Notes under the pieces: model-generated
Databases searched by the model: none
Told to the model about the DNA's origin: nothing
Seen by the model: the letters and a program-made list of their open reading frames with translations, nothing else
From: an uncultured beta proteobacterium
Lineage (GTDB): Bacteria; Pseudomonadota; Gammaproteobacteria; Burkholderiales; Burkholderiaceae_C
Assembly (NCBI GenBank): GCA_903945325.1
Contig: CAJAVE010000223.1
Span: 6,377 to 38,376 of the forward strand
Length of the DNA: 32,000 nt
Direction: 5' to 3'
Part shown: piece after piece, positions 18,856 to 26,746 of the stretch
How the letters are laid out: each line of letters opens with the position of its first letter
Position numbering within the stretch: the stretch's first letter is position 1
Made by a program: the position numbers and the translations under genes

Positions 18856-19749
18856 CTAGTTCCGAACGCCACTGGCCACATGTCCCGAAGGCACATGGCG
18901 CGCGGCAGATTCAATGTGGCCGGTCTGGTCGTCAAAGAAGAAGTCGGGCTCAAATTCGCGCAGAAATTCGCCTTTGTCGAGCCCGCCCAGAAACATGGCC
19001 TCATCGACCTCAATGTTCCAGTTCATCAGGGTGCGAATCGCGCGCTCGTGGGCCGGTGCGCTGCGGGCAGTCACTAAGGCAGTACGGATGCGCATTTGCG
19101 GCGTGGCGGCCTGCTGCAAACGGTGTAGTGCAACCAGTAACGGCTTGAAGGGACCATCGGGCAGAGGTAGCGCCACCTTGTCGATCTCGTGCTGCTGGAA
19201 CGCGTTCAACCCGTGGGTCTGGTACACGCGCTCGGCTTCGTCGCTGAACAGTACCGCGTCACCGTCAAACGCAATGCGCACCTCACAGGGGTGTGCGTCA
19301 CTGGCGTGGGCGGATTGGGGGTAAACCTGCGCGGCGGGCACACCCGCTGCAAGTGCCGCGCGCACATCGCTCAAGTGCGTACTCAAAAACAGGTTGGCGC
19401 GCAGCGGCTTGAGGTAGCGCCACGGCGGCTCGCCCCGGGTGAACGAGCAACGGATGATGGGCAGCGCGTAGTGCGCGGCCGATTTCATCACCCGCAGCCC
19501 GCTCACAGGGTCATTGCGCGACAGGATGACGACTTCGACCTTTTGCGACACCTCGGTGTTGAACGCGAGGAGCTTTTGCACCAGTGAAAACGCCACACCA
19601 GGCTTGGCCGGCATATCCAGTCGCTCCAGCTGCAGGCGCATGTAGGCGGTGTCGTCGGTTTGTTCGAAAACCTCGTTTTCTTCCTCAAAGTCAAACAAGG
19701 CGCGGCTGGAGATGGCCACCACCAATTTGCCGTCCAGAGAGATTGTCAT
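18856..19749 (-). CDS. 5'-nucleotidase family protein (cytosolic 5'-nucleotidase-like, by recollection)
   Basis: MTISLDGKLVVAISSRALFDFEEENEVFE... The ATG lies 1 nt after the ilvA stop (tgacatg), suggesting co-transcription. Confidence 0.7.
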   Translation of the reverse strand: MTISLDGKLVVAISSRALFDFEEENEVFEQTDDTAYMRLQLERLDMPAKPGVAFSLVQKLLAFNTEVSQKVEVVILSRNDPVSGLRVMKSAAHYALPIIRCSFTRGEPPWRYLKPLRANLFLSTHLSDVRAALAAGVPAAQVYPQSAHASDAHPCEVRIAFDGDAVLFSDEAERVYQTHGLNAFQQHEIDKVALPLPDGPFKPLLVALHRLQQAATPQMRIRTALVTARSAPAHERAIRTLMNWNIEVDEAMFLGGLDKGEFLREFEPDFFFDDQTGHIESAARHVPSGHVASGVRN

Positions 19750-19750
19750 G

Positions 19751-21355
19751 TCAGCTTTGCAAAAACATCCGGTACACCGGGTTGGCCGTTTCTTCCACAA
19801 AGGGGTAGTCTAGCGTTTGCAGGAACTTGGCGAATGCTTTGTCATCGGACTTGGGTACCTGCAAGCCAACCAGGATGCGGCCGTAGTCAGCACCCTGGTT
19901 GCGATAGTGGAACAGGCTAATGTTCCAGCCCGGGCGCATCAGGCTCAAAAACTTCATCAGTGCACCGGGCCGTTCGGGAAACACAAAGCGCAGCAAACGC
20001 TCGTCCTGCGCCAGGCTGGAGATGCCACCCACCATGTGGCGGATGTGCTCTTTGGCGAGTTCATCGTGGGTCAGGTCCAGGGTTTTGAAGCCATGCTTGG
20101 TGAAGTTGGCTGCCACCTTGGTCGACTCGCCGCGCGCTTGTGTGGTCAGGCCCACAAACACATGCGCCTGCGCCGCGTCGCTGATGCGGTAGTTGAACTC
20201 GGTCACATTGCGCGGGCCGCCGGGCAGCTCGCCAATCAGTTCACAAAAACGTTTGAAGCTGCCGCGTTCTTCAGGGATGGTCACCGCAAACAGGGCCTCG
20301 CGCTCTTCACCCACCTCGGCGCGCTCGGCCACAAAGCGCAGGCGGTCAAAGTTCATGTTGGCGCCGCACAAAATGGCCGCGTAGGTTTCACCCTTGGTCT
20401 TGTTCCTGGCGACGTACTGCTTGATGGCAGCTACGCCCAGCGCACCTGCGGGCTCCACAATGCTGCGGGTGTCAATGAAAACGTCTTTGATGGCGGCGCA
20501 AACGGAGTCGGTGTCCACCGTGATGTATTCGTCCACCAGGCCACTGGCGACGCGGAAGGTTTCTTCGCCGACCAGCTTCACGGCGGTGCCGTCAGAGAAC
20601 AGGCCTACGTCGGGCAACGTCACCCGCTTCTTGGCAGCTATGGACTGAATCATCGCGTCCGAGTCATTCATCTGCACGCCAATGACCTTGATGCGCGGGT
20701 CCACCGCCTTAATATAGTTGGCCACACCGGCGATCAGGCCGCCGCCGCCAATGGCGACAAACACGGCGTCCAGCCCGGCGCTGTTTTTGCCGCGGGATTT
20801 TTGTCCCGATTTGGCGGCTTTGTCTGCGCCAAGGGTCTGCACCTGGCGCAGCATTTCCATGGCAATGGTGCCCTGGCCGGCGATGACATCGGGGTCATCA
20901 AACGGATGCACAAAGGTCAGGCCCTGCTGCTTTTGCAGTTCCAGCGAATGGCCGAAGGCATCGGAGTAGCTCTCGCCAAACAGCACCACTTCGCCACCAA
21001 AGCCGCGCACCGCATCTACTTTGACCTGCGGTGTGGTGGTGGGCATCACGATCACGGCGCGGGTGCCGAGCTTGCTGGCGCTCAGGGCCACACCCTGGGC
21101 GTGGTTGCCAGCGGAGGCGCAAATAACCCCATTTTGCAGCTGCTCGGTGCTCAAATGGGCCATCTTGTTGTATGCACCGCGCAGTTTAAAGCTGCGCACG
21201 GGTTGCTGGTCTTCGCGCTTCAGCAGCACGGTGTTGTGCAGGCGGCGGCTCAGGTTGCGGGCGGGCTCCAGCGCGGTCTCGCTGGCCACGTCATACACGC
21301 GGGCGGTGAGAATTTTCTTCAGGTAATCAGCGGGGGAAAGGTTCTGGACGGGCAT
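19751..21355 (-). CDS. ilvA: Threonine ammonia-lyase, biosynthetic (two C-terminal ACT-like regulatory repeats)
   Basis: PLP-lysine motif SFKLRGAYN, the Gly-rich loop GGGGLIAG, and 534 aa in length. Confidence 0.95.
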   Translation of the reverse strand: MPVQNLSPADYLKKILTARVYDVASETALEPARNLSRRLHNTVLLKREDQQPVRSFKLRGAYNKMAHLSTEQLQNGVICASAGNHAQGVALSASKLGTRAVIVMPTTTPQVKVDAVRGFGGEVVLFGESYSDAFGHSLELQKQQGLTFVHPFDDPDVIAGQGTIAMEMLRQVQTLGADKAAKSGQKSRGKNSAGLDAVFVAIGGGGLIAGVANYIKAVDPRIKVIGVQMNDSDAMIQSIAAKKRVTLPDVGLFSDGTAVKLVGEETFRVASGLVDEYITVDTDSVCAAIKDVFIDTRSIVEPAGALGVAAIKQYVARNKTKGETYAAILCGANMNFDRLRFVAERAEVGEEREALFAVTIPEERGSFKRFCELIGELPGGPRNVTEFNYRISDAAQAHVFVGLTTQARGESTKVAANFTKHGFKTLDLTHDELAKEHIRHMVGGISSLAQDERLLRFVFPERPGALMKFLSLMRPGWNISLFHYRNQGADYGRILVGLQVPKSDDKAFAKFLQTLDYPFVEETANPVYRMFLQS

Positions 21356-21376
21356 GGTGGTTAAACTCCTGTTCCC

Positions 21377-21410
21377 ATTATAGATAAGTAGTTTTGCCCC
21401 GCGCGGGGCA
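21377..21410 (-). promoter_or_regulatory. Candidate ilvA promoter -10 (TATAAT) plus a 16-nt perfect GC palindrome over the -35 zone
   Basis: The complement of 21377-21382 is tataat, 21 nt upstream of the ilvA ATG, with AGGAG between them. tgccccgcgcggggca (21395-21410) is self-complementary. Confidence 0.3.
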
Positions 21411-21427
21411 GTTTTAAAGGTGGAAAT

Positions 21428-21877
21428 ATGGAATGCACAGTCAGTTGGACCGGCGGCTTGAAAACCCGCTCAGGGATGGGTTTTGTCGCCGAAACTGGCA
21501 GCGGCCACACCCTCATGATGGACGGTGCCCCCGATGAGGCGAAGCCGGAAAACGGTGGGTTGAATCTGGCTCCACGCCCTCTTGAGACCGTGCTGGCCGG
21601 AACCGGAGGTTGCACGGCCTATGACGTGGTGCTGATTTTGAAGCGGGGTCGCCATGCTGTGCATGGATGCACGGTCAAATTGACGGCGGAGCGGGCTGAA
21701 ACAGAACCCAAGGTTTTCACCAAAATCCATATGCACTTCACGGTGACCGGAAAAGGCGTCCCCGCCATGGCAGTAGAACGTGCTGTTGCCATGAGCCACG
21801 AAAAGTATTGCTCAGCCAGCATCATGTTGGCCAAGACTGCTGACATTACGACCAGTTTTGAGTTGGTGGAGGGCTGA
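21428..21877 (+). CDS. OsmC/Ohr-family protein
   Basis: 149 aa with the two conserved Cys contexts (...GTGGCTAYD... and ...EKYCSAS...). Confidence 0.85.
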   Translation: MECTVSWTGGLKTRSGMGFVAETGSGHTLMMDGAPDEAKPENGGLNLAPRPLETVLAGTGGCTAYDVVLILKRGRHAVHGCTVKLTAERAETEPKVFTKIHMHFTVTGKGVPAMAVERAVAMSHEKYCSASIMLAKTADITTSFELVEG

Positions 21878-21901
21878 GTCCTGCTGCTCGGTGTGCCGGG
21901 G

Positions 21902-22519
21902 TCAGATATGGTGCGCAACCGTTGTCATGACCTTGGCGGCAGCGCGCATCAAGTCTTTTACGGGTGCTGGCAATTCCATGGCTCCCGCGTCTTGAGCATC
22001 TTGCGCATGGCGTAGTTCGTCGTCGCGCATCTGTGCCACGATTGCGCGCGACGCATGGTCAGCAGTTGGCAGCTTGTCGAGGTGGCTTTGTAAGTGTGCG
22101 CCAACTTGAACTTCCGTTTCCACCACAAAGCCCAAGCTCACTGCATCGCCCAGTCGGCCCGCCAGAAGGCCTAAACCAAAAGCGCCGGCATACCACAATG
22201 GGTTGAGAATGGACGGCCGAGCCTTCAGCTCCGTCAAGCGCTGCTCGGTCCACGCCAGGTGGTCAGTCTCTTCAATGCAGGCGCGCGTGAAATGCGCCCG
22301 CAGTACCGGGTTGCGCGTGGTCAGTGCTTGGGCTGTGTATAGCGCTTGTGCACACACTTCGCCCACATGGTTAACCCGCATGAGCGATGCGGCAGAGCGG
22401 CTCTCAAGGGCATCGAGATGGGTTGCTTGGTCTGTAACAGTGGGGCAGCTTGTTGCTGCACGGTGTTTGACAAACAGCGTACGCAGAGCGGAATCGGCGG
22501 TTATGAGCAGCGAATCCAA
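21902..22519 (-). CDS. coq7: Demethoxyubiquinone hydroxylase (Coq7-type di-iron protein)
   Basis: Di-iron motifs EETDHLAW and [11 protein letters not shown] start is preceded by AGGAG at 6-nt spacing. Confidence 0.9.
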   Translation of the reverse strand: MDSLLITADSALRTLFVKHRAATSCPTVTDQATHLDALESRSAASLMRVNHVGEVCAQALYTAQALTTRNPVLRAHFTRACIEETDHLAWTEQRLTELKARPSILNPLWYAGAFGLGLLAGRLGDAVSLGFVVETEVQVGAHLQSHLDKLPTADHASRAIVAQMRDDELRHAQDAQDAGAMELPAPVKDLMRAAAKVMTTVAHHI

Positions 22520-22652
22520 TGTCGACTCCTAATAGGGTTCAGCCCTTAAGTCTAGCGCGAATAGGCTCGAGGCAATGAGAAACAAATTGTTGCAACACCG
22601 CAACGGAAGGGCTTGAAATTGGCCACTTTCCCGCTTTTTAGAGAGCAAAGCT

Positions 22653-22681
22653 TTGCCAAATAGCCATGGGTCTGGTGCAAT
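22653..22681 (+). promoter_or_regulatory. Candidate sigma70 promoter of the expressed porin allele
   Basis: TTGCCA (22653-22658), 17 nt, then TGgTGCAAT (extended -10; hexamer 22676-22681). It is followed by a 9-bp stem-loop at 22686-22710 (ccaacttcc/ggaggttgg) in a roughly 90-nt leader. Confidence 0.35.
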
Positions 22682-22770
22682 AGAGCCAACTTCCTGAACT
22701 AGGAGGTTGGCCCGGGGTTCTGATCCCGTAGGACCTGAGCCCGCTGTTTAACCTTTTTGAGAAACCCGAA

Positions 22771-23751
22771 ATGAAAAAAACCCTCATCGCTTTGGCTGTA
22801 TTGGCCGCATCTACCGCTTCCATGGCACAAGTTACTTTGTACGGCGTTGCTGACGTGTCCGTTGGCGCTACCGACAAGGCTGGCCTTGGTTTGGCTAACG
22901 ACAAGTTTCAAGCTATCGCTTCTAACGTTCTGAACAACGGCAATTCACGCTTCGGCATGAAGGGCGTGGAAGATCTGGGCGGCGGCATGACTGTTGGTTT
23001 CAACTACGAAGGCGGCATCAACATTGCTAACGGCGCTGGTAACACCAGCGGCGGTCAATTGTTCTCCCGCGCAGCAAACGTGTACATGCAAGGTGGTTTC
23101 GGCCGCCTGACAGCTGGCCGCCAGTTGACAACTTCTTTCTTCAGCGTTGCTTCTTGGGAATTGACCGGTACAGCTAACTACTCTGTAGTAGCCAACCAGT
23201 TCGGTTTCGGCGGTGGCGCTGGCCCACGTGACAGCGCTGCTGTCAAGTACGACATTGCTGCAAGCGGCTTCAGTGGTTCTTTGATGTTCGTACCAGAAGG
23301 TAATGCAGCTTACACCGCTGGTACACCTGCTACTGCAAAGGGCAAGTATGACGTGGCTGTTGGCTACGCTGCTGGTCCTTTGGCTGCAAGCTTGGCTTAC
23401 AACAAGGTTGATGCTGGCAACGAGGGTGTGGTTGTGGGCGGTTCTTACAACTTTGGTATGGTCAAGGTCGCGGCTAGCTGGACCCAAGGTAAAACTGGTG
23501 CAGGCGTTGCCTTCGTAGAAGGCTACACATTGGGCGCATCCATCCCAATGGGCGCATTCACCTTCACAGCTGACATGGCACAGGACACCATCTCCCGCGC
23601 TGCTAACAGCACAGATACCGACTTCCTGCTGGAAGCCAAGTACGCTTTGTCCAAGCGTACATTCGTGTACGGTGTGTACATGATGGACGGCAAGGGTAAG
23701 ACCGCTTCTGACGTCAGCGGCTACGCTTTGGGCCTGCGTCACAACTTCTGA
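22771..23751 (+). CDS. Gram-negative general porin (Omp32-type), expressed-position allele
   Basis: MKKTLIALAVLAASTASMA/QVTLYG signal peptide, beta-strand periodicity and the C-terminal ...GLRHNF. Codon usage looks like that of a highly expressed gene. Confidence 0.93.
   Translation: MKKTLIALAVLAASTASMAQVTLYGVADVSVGATDKAGLGLANDKFQAIASNVLNNGNSRFGMKGVEDLGGGMTVGFNYEGGINIANGAGNTSGGQLFSRAANVYMQGGFGRLTAGRQLTTSFFSVASWELTGTANYSVVANQFGFGGGAGPRDSAAVKYDIAASGFSGSLMFVPEGNAAYTAGTPATAKGKYDVAVGYAAGPLAASLAYNKVDAGNEGVVVGGSYNFGMVKVAASWTQGKTGAGVAFVEGYTLGASIPMGAFTFTADMAQDTISRAANSTDTDFLLEAKYALSKRTFVYGVYMMDGKGKTASDVSGYALGLRHNF
22789..22868 (+). repeat. Left copy of the 80-bp direct repeat (candidate attL core) inside the porin signal-peptide codons
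   Basis: 78/80 identical to 28980-29059 (mismatches at 22818 and 22821, both synonymous). Homology begins abruptly at 22789. Confidence 0.85.
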
Positions 23752-23793
23752 TCTTACGCTGGCGTAAGCCAGTTGTTGATCTAAAGCTAAAAA

Positions 23794-23823
23794 ACCCGCT
23801 GTGGAAACACAGTGGGTTTTTTT
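23794..23823 (+). terminator. Rho-independent terminator of porin allele 1
   Basis: acccgctgtg-gaaa-cacagtgggt followed by a T7 run. Confidence 0.85.
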
Positions 23824-23876
23824 ACGTCTGCATAAAACTGATACAGTGTTTGCATCAACAACGAAGGGGAATGGAA

Positions 23877-24119
23877 ATGACAGACGCAGCAGCAGCACAA
23901 AAAGTCTTGGACGACTTGATTGCGCAACAGAAAGACATCAACGCGAAAGTTGAAGCGCAGTTAAAGGCAACACGCGAAGCTGCACTTGCAACCGTGAAAA
24001 GTCTTTGCACGGCACACAGTTTTACGGCGACGGACTTAAAAGGTGCGCTTGTCGTCAAACGCACTAGTGCTGCTGCAAAAAAGGCAGCGCCTCGTAAAAG
24101 CACACGCGCCAAAAAGTAA
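23877..24119 (+). CDS. H-NS-like protein: N-terminal oligomerisation-type domain plus a short Lys/Ala-rich tail, lacking the canonical C-terminal DNA-binding domain
   Basis: MTDAAAAQKVLDDLIAQQKDINAKVEAQLKATREAALATVKSLCTAHSFTATDLKG... resembles betaproteobacterial H-NS N-termini. It ends ...KRTSAAAKKAAPRKSTRAKK with no TWxGxGRxP-type motif. GGGGA SD lies 6 nt before ATG 23877; an alternative ATG is at 23871. Confidence 0.6.
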   Translation: MTDAAAAQKVLDDLIAQQKDINAKVEAQLKATREAALATVKSLCTAHSFTATDLKGALVVKRTSAAAKKAAPRKSTRAKK

Positions 24120-24882
24120 TACGTCTGTCGCGCATTTAACGCGCGTTCAGCAGTACTTTGCGCTCACGCTGCTGCAACAGCCCCAGGTTGCAGCGAACAA
24201 CGCTTCCTTGCGCGATTTGACAGAAGACGAAGCTGCACAGCTAGAACGCATCTGCAATGCACTGCTGCAATGCAAACAACAGCAGCCAGTTCAAGTAGCA
24301 AGTCTGCGCAGTGCGCTGTCCAAAGCGCAATACAGCGCGTTCAAAGTACAAACACGCGCACCAACATCCAGCGCCGATGTATTTGACAGGAAGAGCAGGC
24401 CGCAAGAGCTAACGAAGTACTTGGCAATGCTGAAAACTGCAGACTTAACGAATGCACGCGCTGACCGCGCGGCCGCAAGCAGAATACCAAGACGCATTGG
24501 CAATTTGTCAGCAGCAGAACACTGGCGAAATCAATCTGAAACTCAATACGAACACGCGCTGGAGTACTTGGACGAAACACTTGGCGCATCAAACAACCAA
24601 ACAGAGTACGAAATTCGCGCTTGGTTGGACAGAGAATTTGAATTGTCGGCGGAGAGCACGATTAGTTGTGATGACGGTGGAGTTGCGCGCGTAATTGGCA
24701 GTCGCAGCAAGCACTGTCTTGTTACAGTGCAAACAAAAAAAGCAGCGAAGCAAGAAAAGTTGGGGACGTGCGCACAAGATGCATTACAACAGGCTGCGCT
24801 TGAGCTAATCTACGTTCCCGTTACAACGGATGCAGCGCAAACAATGCAACTAAAGGCAATGTTGGGCAAACTGAAACGCTGA
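24043..24882 (+). CDS. Hypothetical protein (island cargo, no family recognised)
   Basis: Long open frame of 279 codons from GTG 24043. The start is uncertain (GTG 24043/24067, TTG 24208 or ATG 24427), and the first option overlaps the H-NS-like gene by 77 nt. Confidence 0.55.
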   Translation: MRLSSNALVLLQKRQRLVKAHAPKSNTSVAHLTRVQQYFALTLLQQPQVAANNASLRDLTEDEAAQLERICNALLQCKQQQPVQVASLRSALSKAQYSAFKVQTRAPTSSADVFDRKSRPQELTKYLAMLKTADLTNARADRAAASRIPRRIGNLSAAEHWRNQSETQYEHALEYLDETLGASNNQTEYEIRAWLDREFELSAESTISCDDGGVARVIGSRSKHCLVTVQTKKAAKQEKLGTCAQDALQQAALELIYVPVTTDAAQTMQLKAMLGKLKR

Positions 24883-24898
24883 TTTGCACATCCGCGCA

Positions 24899-25498
24899 CT
24901 AAATCAACTCAACAGCAGCACGCATCAAGTTAGGATTGAGCGAAATGTAGCGTTGTGTGGTGGACAAATTCTTGTGTCCAGCCAGCGCCATCAAAATATG
25001 CATCGCCACGCCTTTGTCGGCCAACGAACTCAGAAAAAATCTGCGGCCACTATGACTTGATGCGCCTTCAACACCAGCGCGCGCATACAGTTGGCTGAAA
25101 TGCTGGCACAAAGTGTTTGCCGAAAAACCGCGCAACGGATTTTTTTGTGTTGGAAACAGCGCACGTTGTGCATTCGCGTAACAAACAGCAATCAAATCCT
25201 TGTTTGCAAAGCGCGCACGCAAATACGCCAACAATTCGTCGCGCAACTTCTGCGGCAGTAACACGGTGCGGCCAACATTGCCCTTAGTTTGATCCCGTGA
25301 AAGATGAACTTCAGCGCGAATGGTACCGTCACCTGCAACAACATCGGCCAGACGTAGTGCAGCAACTTCACCGACGCGAAGACCTGCGTGATGTGTCATC
25401 AGCAACATACATTTGTTACGAGCAGAGTGTGGATGTACAGCGCAGTACAGCATAACTTTGCGCAATTCTCGTTCTGTTAGTACTCTGGCTTGTGACAT
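24899..25498 (-). CDS. Small tyrosine recombinase, catalytic domain only (FimB/FimE-sized)
   Basis: 199 aa. By hand count the catalytic residues are R41 (GLRVGE), K72 (TKG), H149-x-x-R152 (SHSGRR), H175 (GHKN) and Y184 (TQRY). AGGAG lies 7 nt before the ATG. Confidence 0.88.
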   Translation of the reverse strand: MSQARVLTERELRKVMLYCAVHPHSARNKCMLLMTHHAGLRVGEVAALRLADVVAGDGTIRAEVHLSRDQTKGNVGRTVLLPQKLRDELLAYLRARFANKDLIAVCYANAQRALFPTQKNPLRGFSANTLCQHFSQLYARAGVEGASSHSGRRFFLSSLADKGVAMHILMALAGHKNLSTTQRYISLNPNLMRAAVELI

Positions 25499-25701
25499 TA
25501 AAAATCTCCTCTATCAAACATCGTCATGTGTTCAATTATTTATTGTTTGATTAGGTAAGTCGATGAAAGAAGGTGACGAAAAGATCATCAGCAAAATCAA
25601 CAACTTCGGCGAAGACCACGCCTAATGTGTATTACCTGTGTTTCTGCAATGCGCATCGTCAGCGTAATCGCGCTGAGACAAATTGCGCCTTAATGAAACG
25701 A

Positions 25702-25971
25702 CTACTTGGCTGATTTGAGCTGAGCTTGCGCGTATGCCGCTTGCCGTCGTGCACGTTGCGCGTATACCAAGTCTGCTTGCTTCTTCTGTGCAGCCATCTG
25801 CCGAATCGCCAAAATCTTGTCCATCTCCGTTGCGGGTTGTGCTTTGGCGTCAGCAGCAGCAATCTGCTGCATCACACCATTGACACGCTGCTGTTGCTTC
25901 ATTGCAGTTGGCACAACTGCCGCAGGCTGTTGCTGCTGTGCGTTTCCAATCACCTCAAATACCTTGACCAT
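25702..25971 (-). CDS. Hypothetical Gln/Ala-rich small protein
   Basis: 89 aa, with AGGAG 6 nt upstream of ATG 25971. It lies upstream of and co-oriented with the small recombinase. Confidence 0.6.
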   Translation of the reverse strand: MVKVFEVIGNAQQQQPAAVVPTAMKQQQRVNGVMQQIAAADAKAQPATEMDKILAIRQMAAQKKQADLVYAQRARRQAAYAQAQLKSAK

Positions 25972-26112
25972 TGCGTTCTCCTTTTGTTTGATATTTAGCC
26001 AACCGAATTAAAGCAGTTGCACCAGTGTCAACGATGTGCATTCAAACCGACAACTACAAGAAACTGACGAAACAAATTGTTTGGTATTTCGTGGCACTGC
26101 ATAAATAGTTAC

Positions 26113-26667
26113 ATGCACACATTGGACGAACAATCACAACAAATCAAGCAGAAGCAGCGTGATCGCTTCCGTCGTGACATGTACAACTATCTTGCGCAGT
26201 ACTCAGAATTGATGACGCACGCTGTCACGCTGACATTTAATGGTAGAAAGCTTGAAGCATTGAAGCGTAAAGCAGACTGGATGCAAGGTGAAGCATACGA
26301 AAAACTGCTGCAACGCAGCTTCAAACACTTCGCAACACGCTTAAATCGGTGCGTGTACGGGAATGCAACACAGCGGTACGGAAAAACACTATTGATATTG
26401 CCAGTTATCGAAGGGTTGCAGCACGGCGAGTGTCCGCATTACCACTGTGCAATCGGCGCGACTGATCGTGTTGAGCATGCAGAGTTTGAACGCATGGTGA
26501 GAGATAGTTGGAGTAACGTAGCATTTGCTGGACACCAAATTGATGTGCAGCCGTATCGTGACAAAGGATGGTGTAGTTACATTAGCGGCGACGCTGTGTT
26601 TCTAAATCGGTTGAGCGTGGACTGGGACAATGTGCAATTGCCTGTTCACTTGTTGGCGCACTGCTGA
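26113..26667 (+). CDS. Putative HUH-type rolling-circle replication initiator (Rep-like)
   Basis: Motif order is AVTLTF (26221-26238), PHYHCAI with H-Y-H at 26437-26445, then GWCSYISGD (Tyr codon at 26578-26580). ATG 26113 is preferred over TTG 26077. Confidence 0.55.
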   Translation: MHTLDEQSQQIKQKQRDRFRRDMYNYLAQYSELMTHAVTLTFNGRKLEALKRKADWMQGEAYEKLLQRSFKHFATRLNRCVYGNATQRYGKTLLILPVIEGLQHGECPHYHCAIGATDRVEHAEFERMVRDSWSNVAFAGHQIDVQPYRDKGWCSYISGDAVFLNRLSVDWDNVQLPVHLLAHC

Positions 26668-26692
26668 AGAAATCTTCCTTTGGGCCATTGAC

Positions 26693-26711
26693 TTGAAGCG
26701 CAATGCTTCAA
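26693..26711 (+). other. 7-bp stem / 5-nt loop hairpin directly after the Rep-like stop codon
   Basis: ttgaagc-gcaat-gcttcaa with no T-run after it. It could be a nick-site/origin hairpin or an RNA structure. Confidence 0.5.
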
Positions 26712-26746
26712 TTACCGTCGGTGTGACTGAAAACATAACAACAACT

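Noticed and set aside
19817-21364. 515-aa ORF antisense to ilvA. Similar long antisense ORFs occur at 5388-6716 (opposite glmU), 471-1328, 1350-2264, 8252-8824, 22945-23898 and 29346-29987.
   Set aside because: These are typical stop-poor antisense frames of GC-rich or biased coding DNA. Their translations are Arg/Ala/Gly/His-rich with no motifs, and each lies opposite a gene with unmistakable family signatures.
22520-22770. Looked for a tRNA/tmRNA gene as the integration target near either island junction (also 28790-28979).
   Set aside because: No cloverleaf-like sequence or T-loop (GGTTCGAATCC-type) motif is seen anywhere near the junctions or elsewhere in the window. The repeat lies in porin coding sequence instead.
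22768-22775. gaaatgaa at the porin-1 start resembles gaaacgaa at 28963-28970 upstream of porin 2, a possible decayed ATG.
   Set aside because: Only a 7/8 match, followed by unalignable sequence. This is insufficient to claim that the right-hand arm is a degenerate porin start.
23823-24127. 8-nt direct repeat tacgtctg on both sides of the H-NS-like gene (23823-23830 and 24120-24127).
   Set aside because: It is too short to exclude chance, and no transposase or recombination signal is associated with it. It is not used as evidence for a cassette.
25563-25625. 20-codon plus-strand ORF MKEGDEKIISKINNFGEDHA in the spacer upstream of the small recombinase.
   Set aside because: It has no SD, is very short, and lies on the opposite strand to the surrounding operon. 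There is no support beyond being open.
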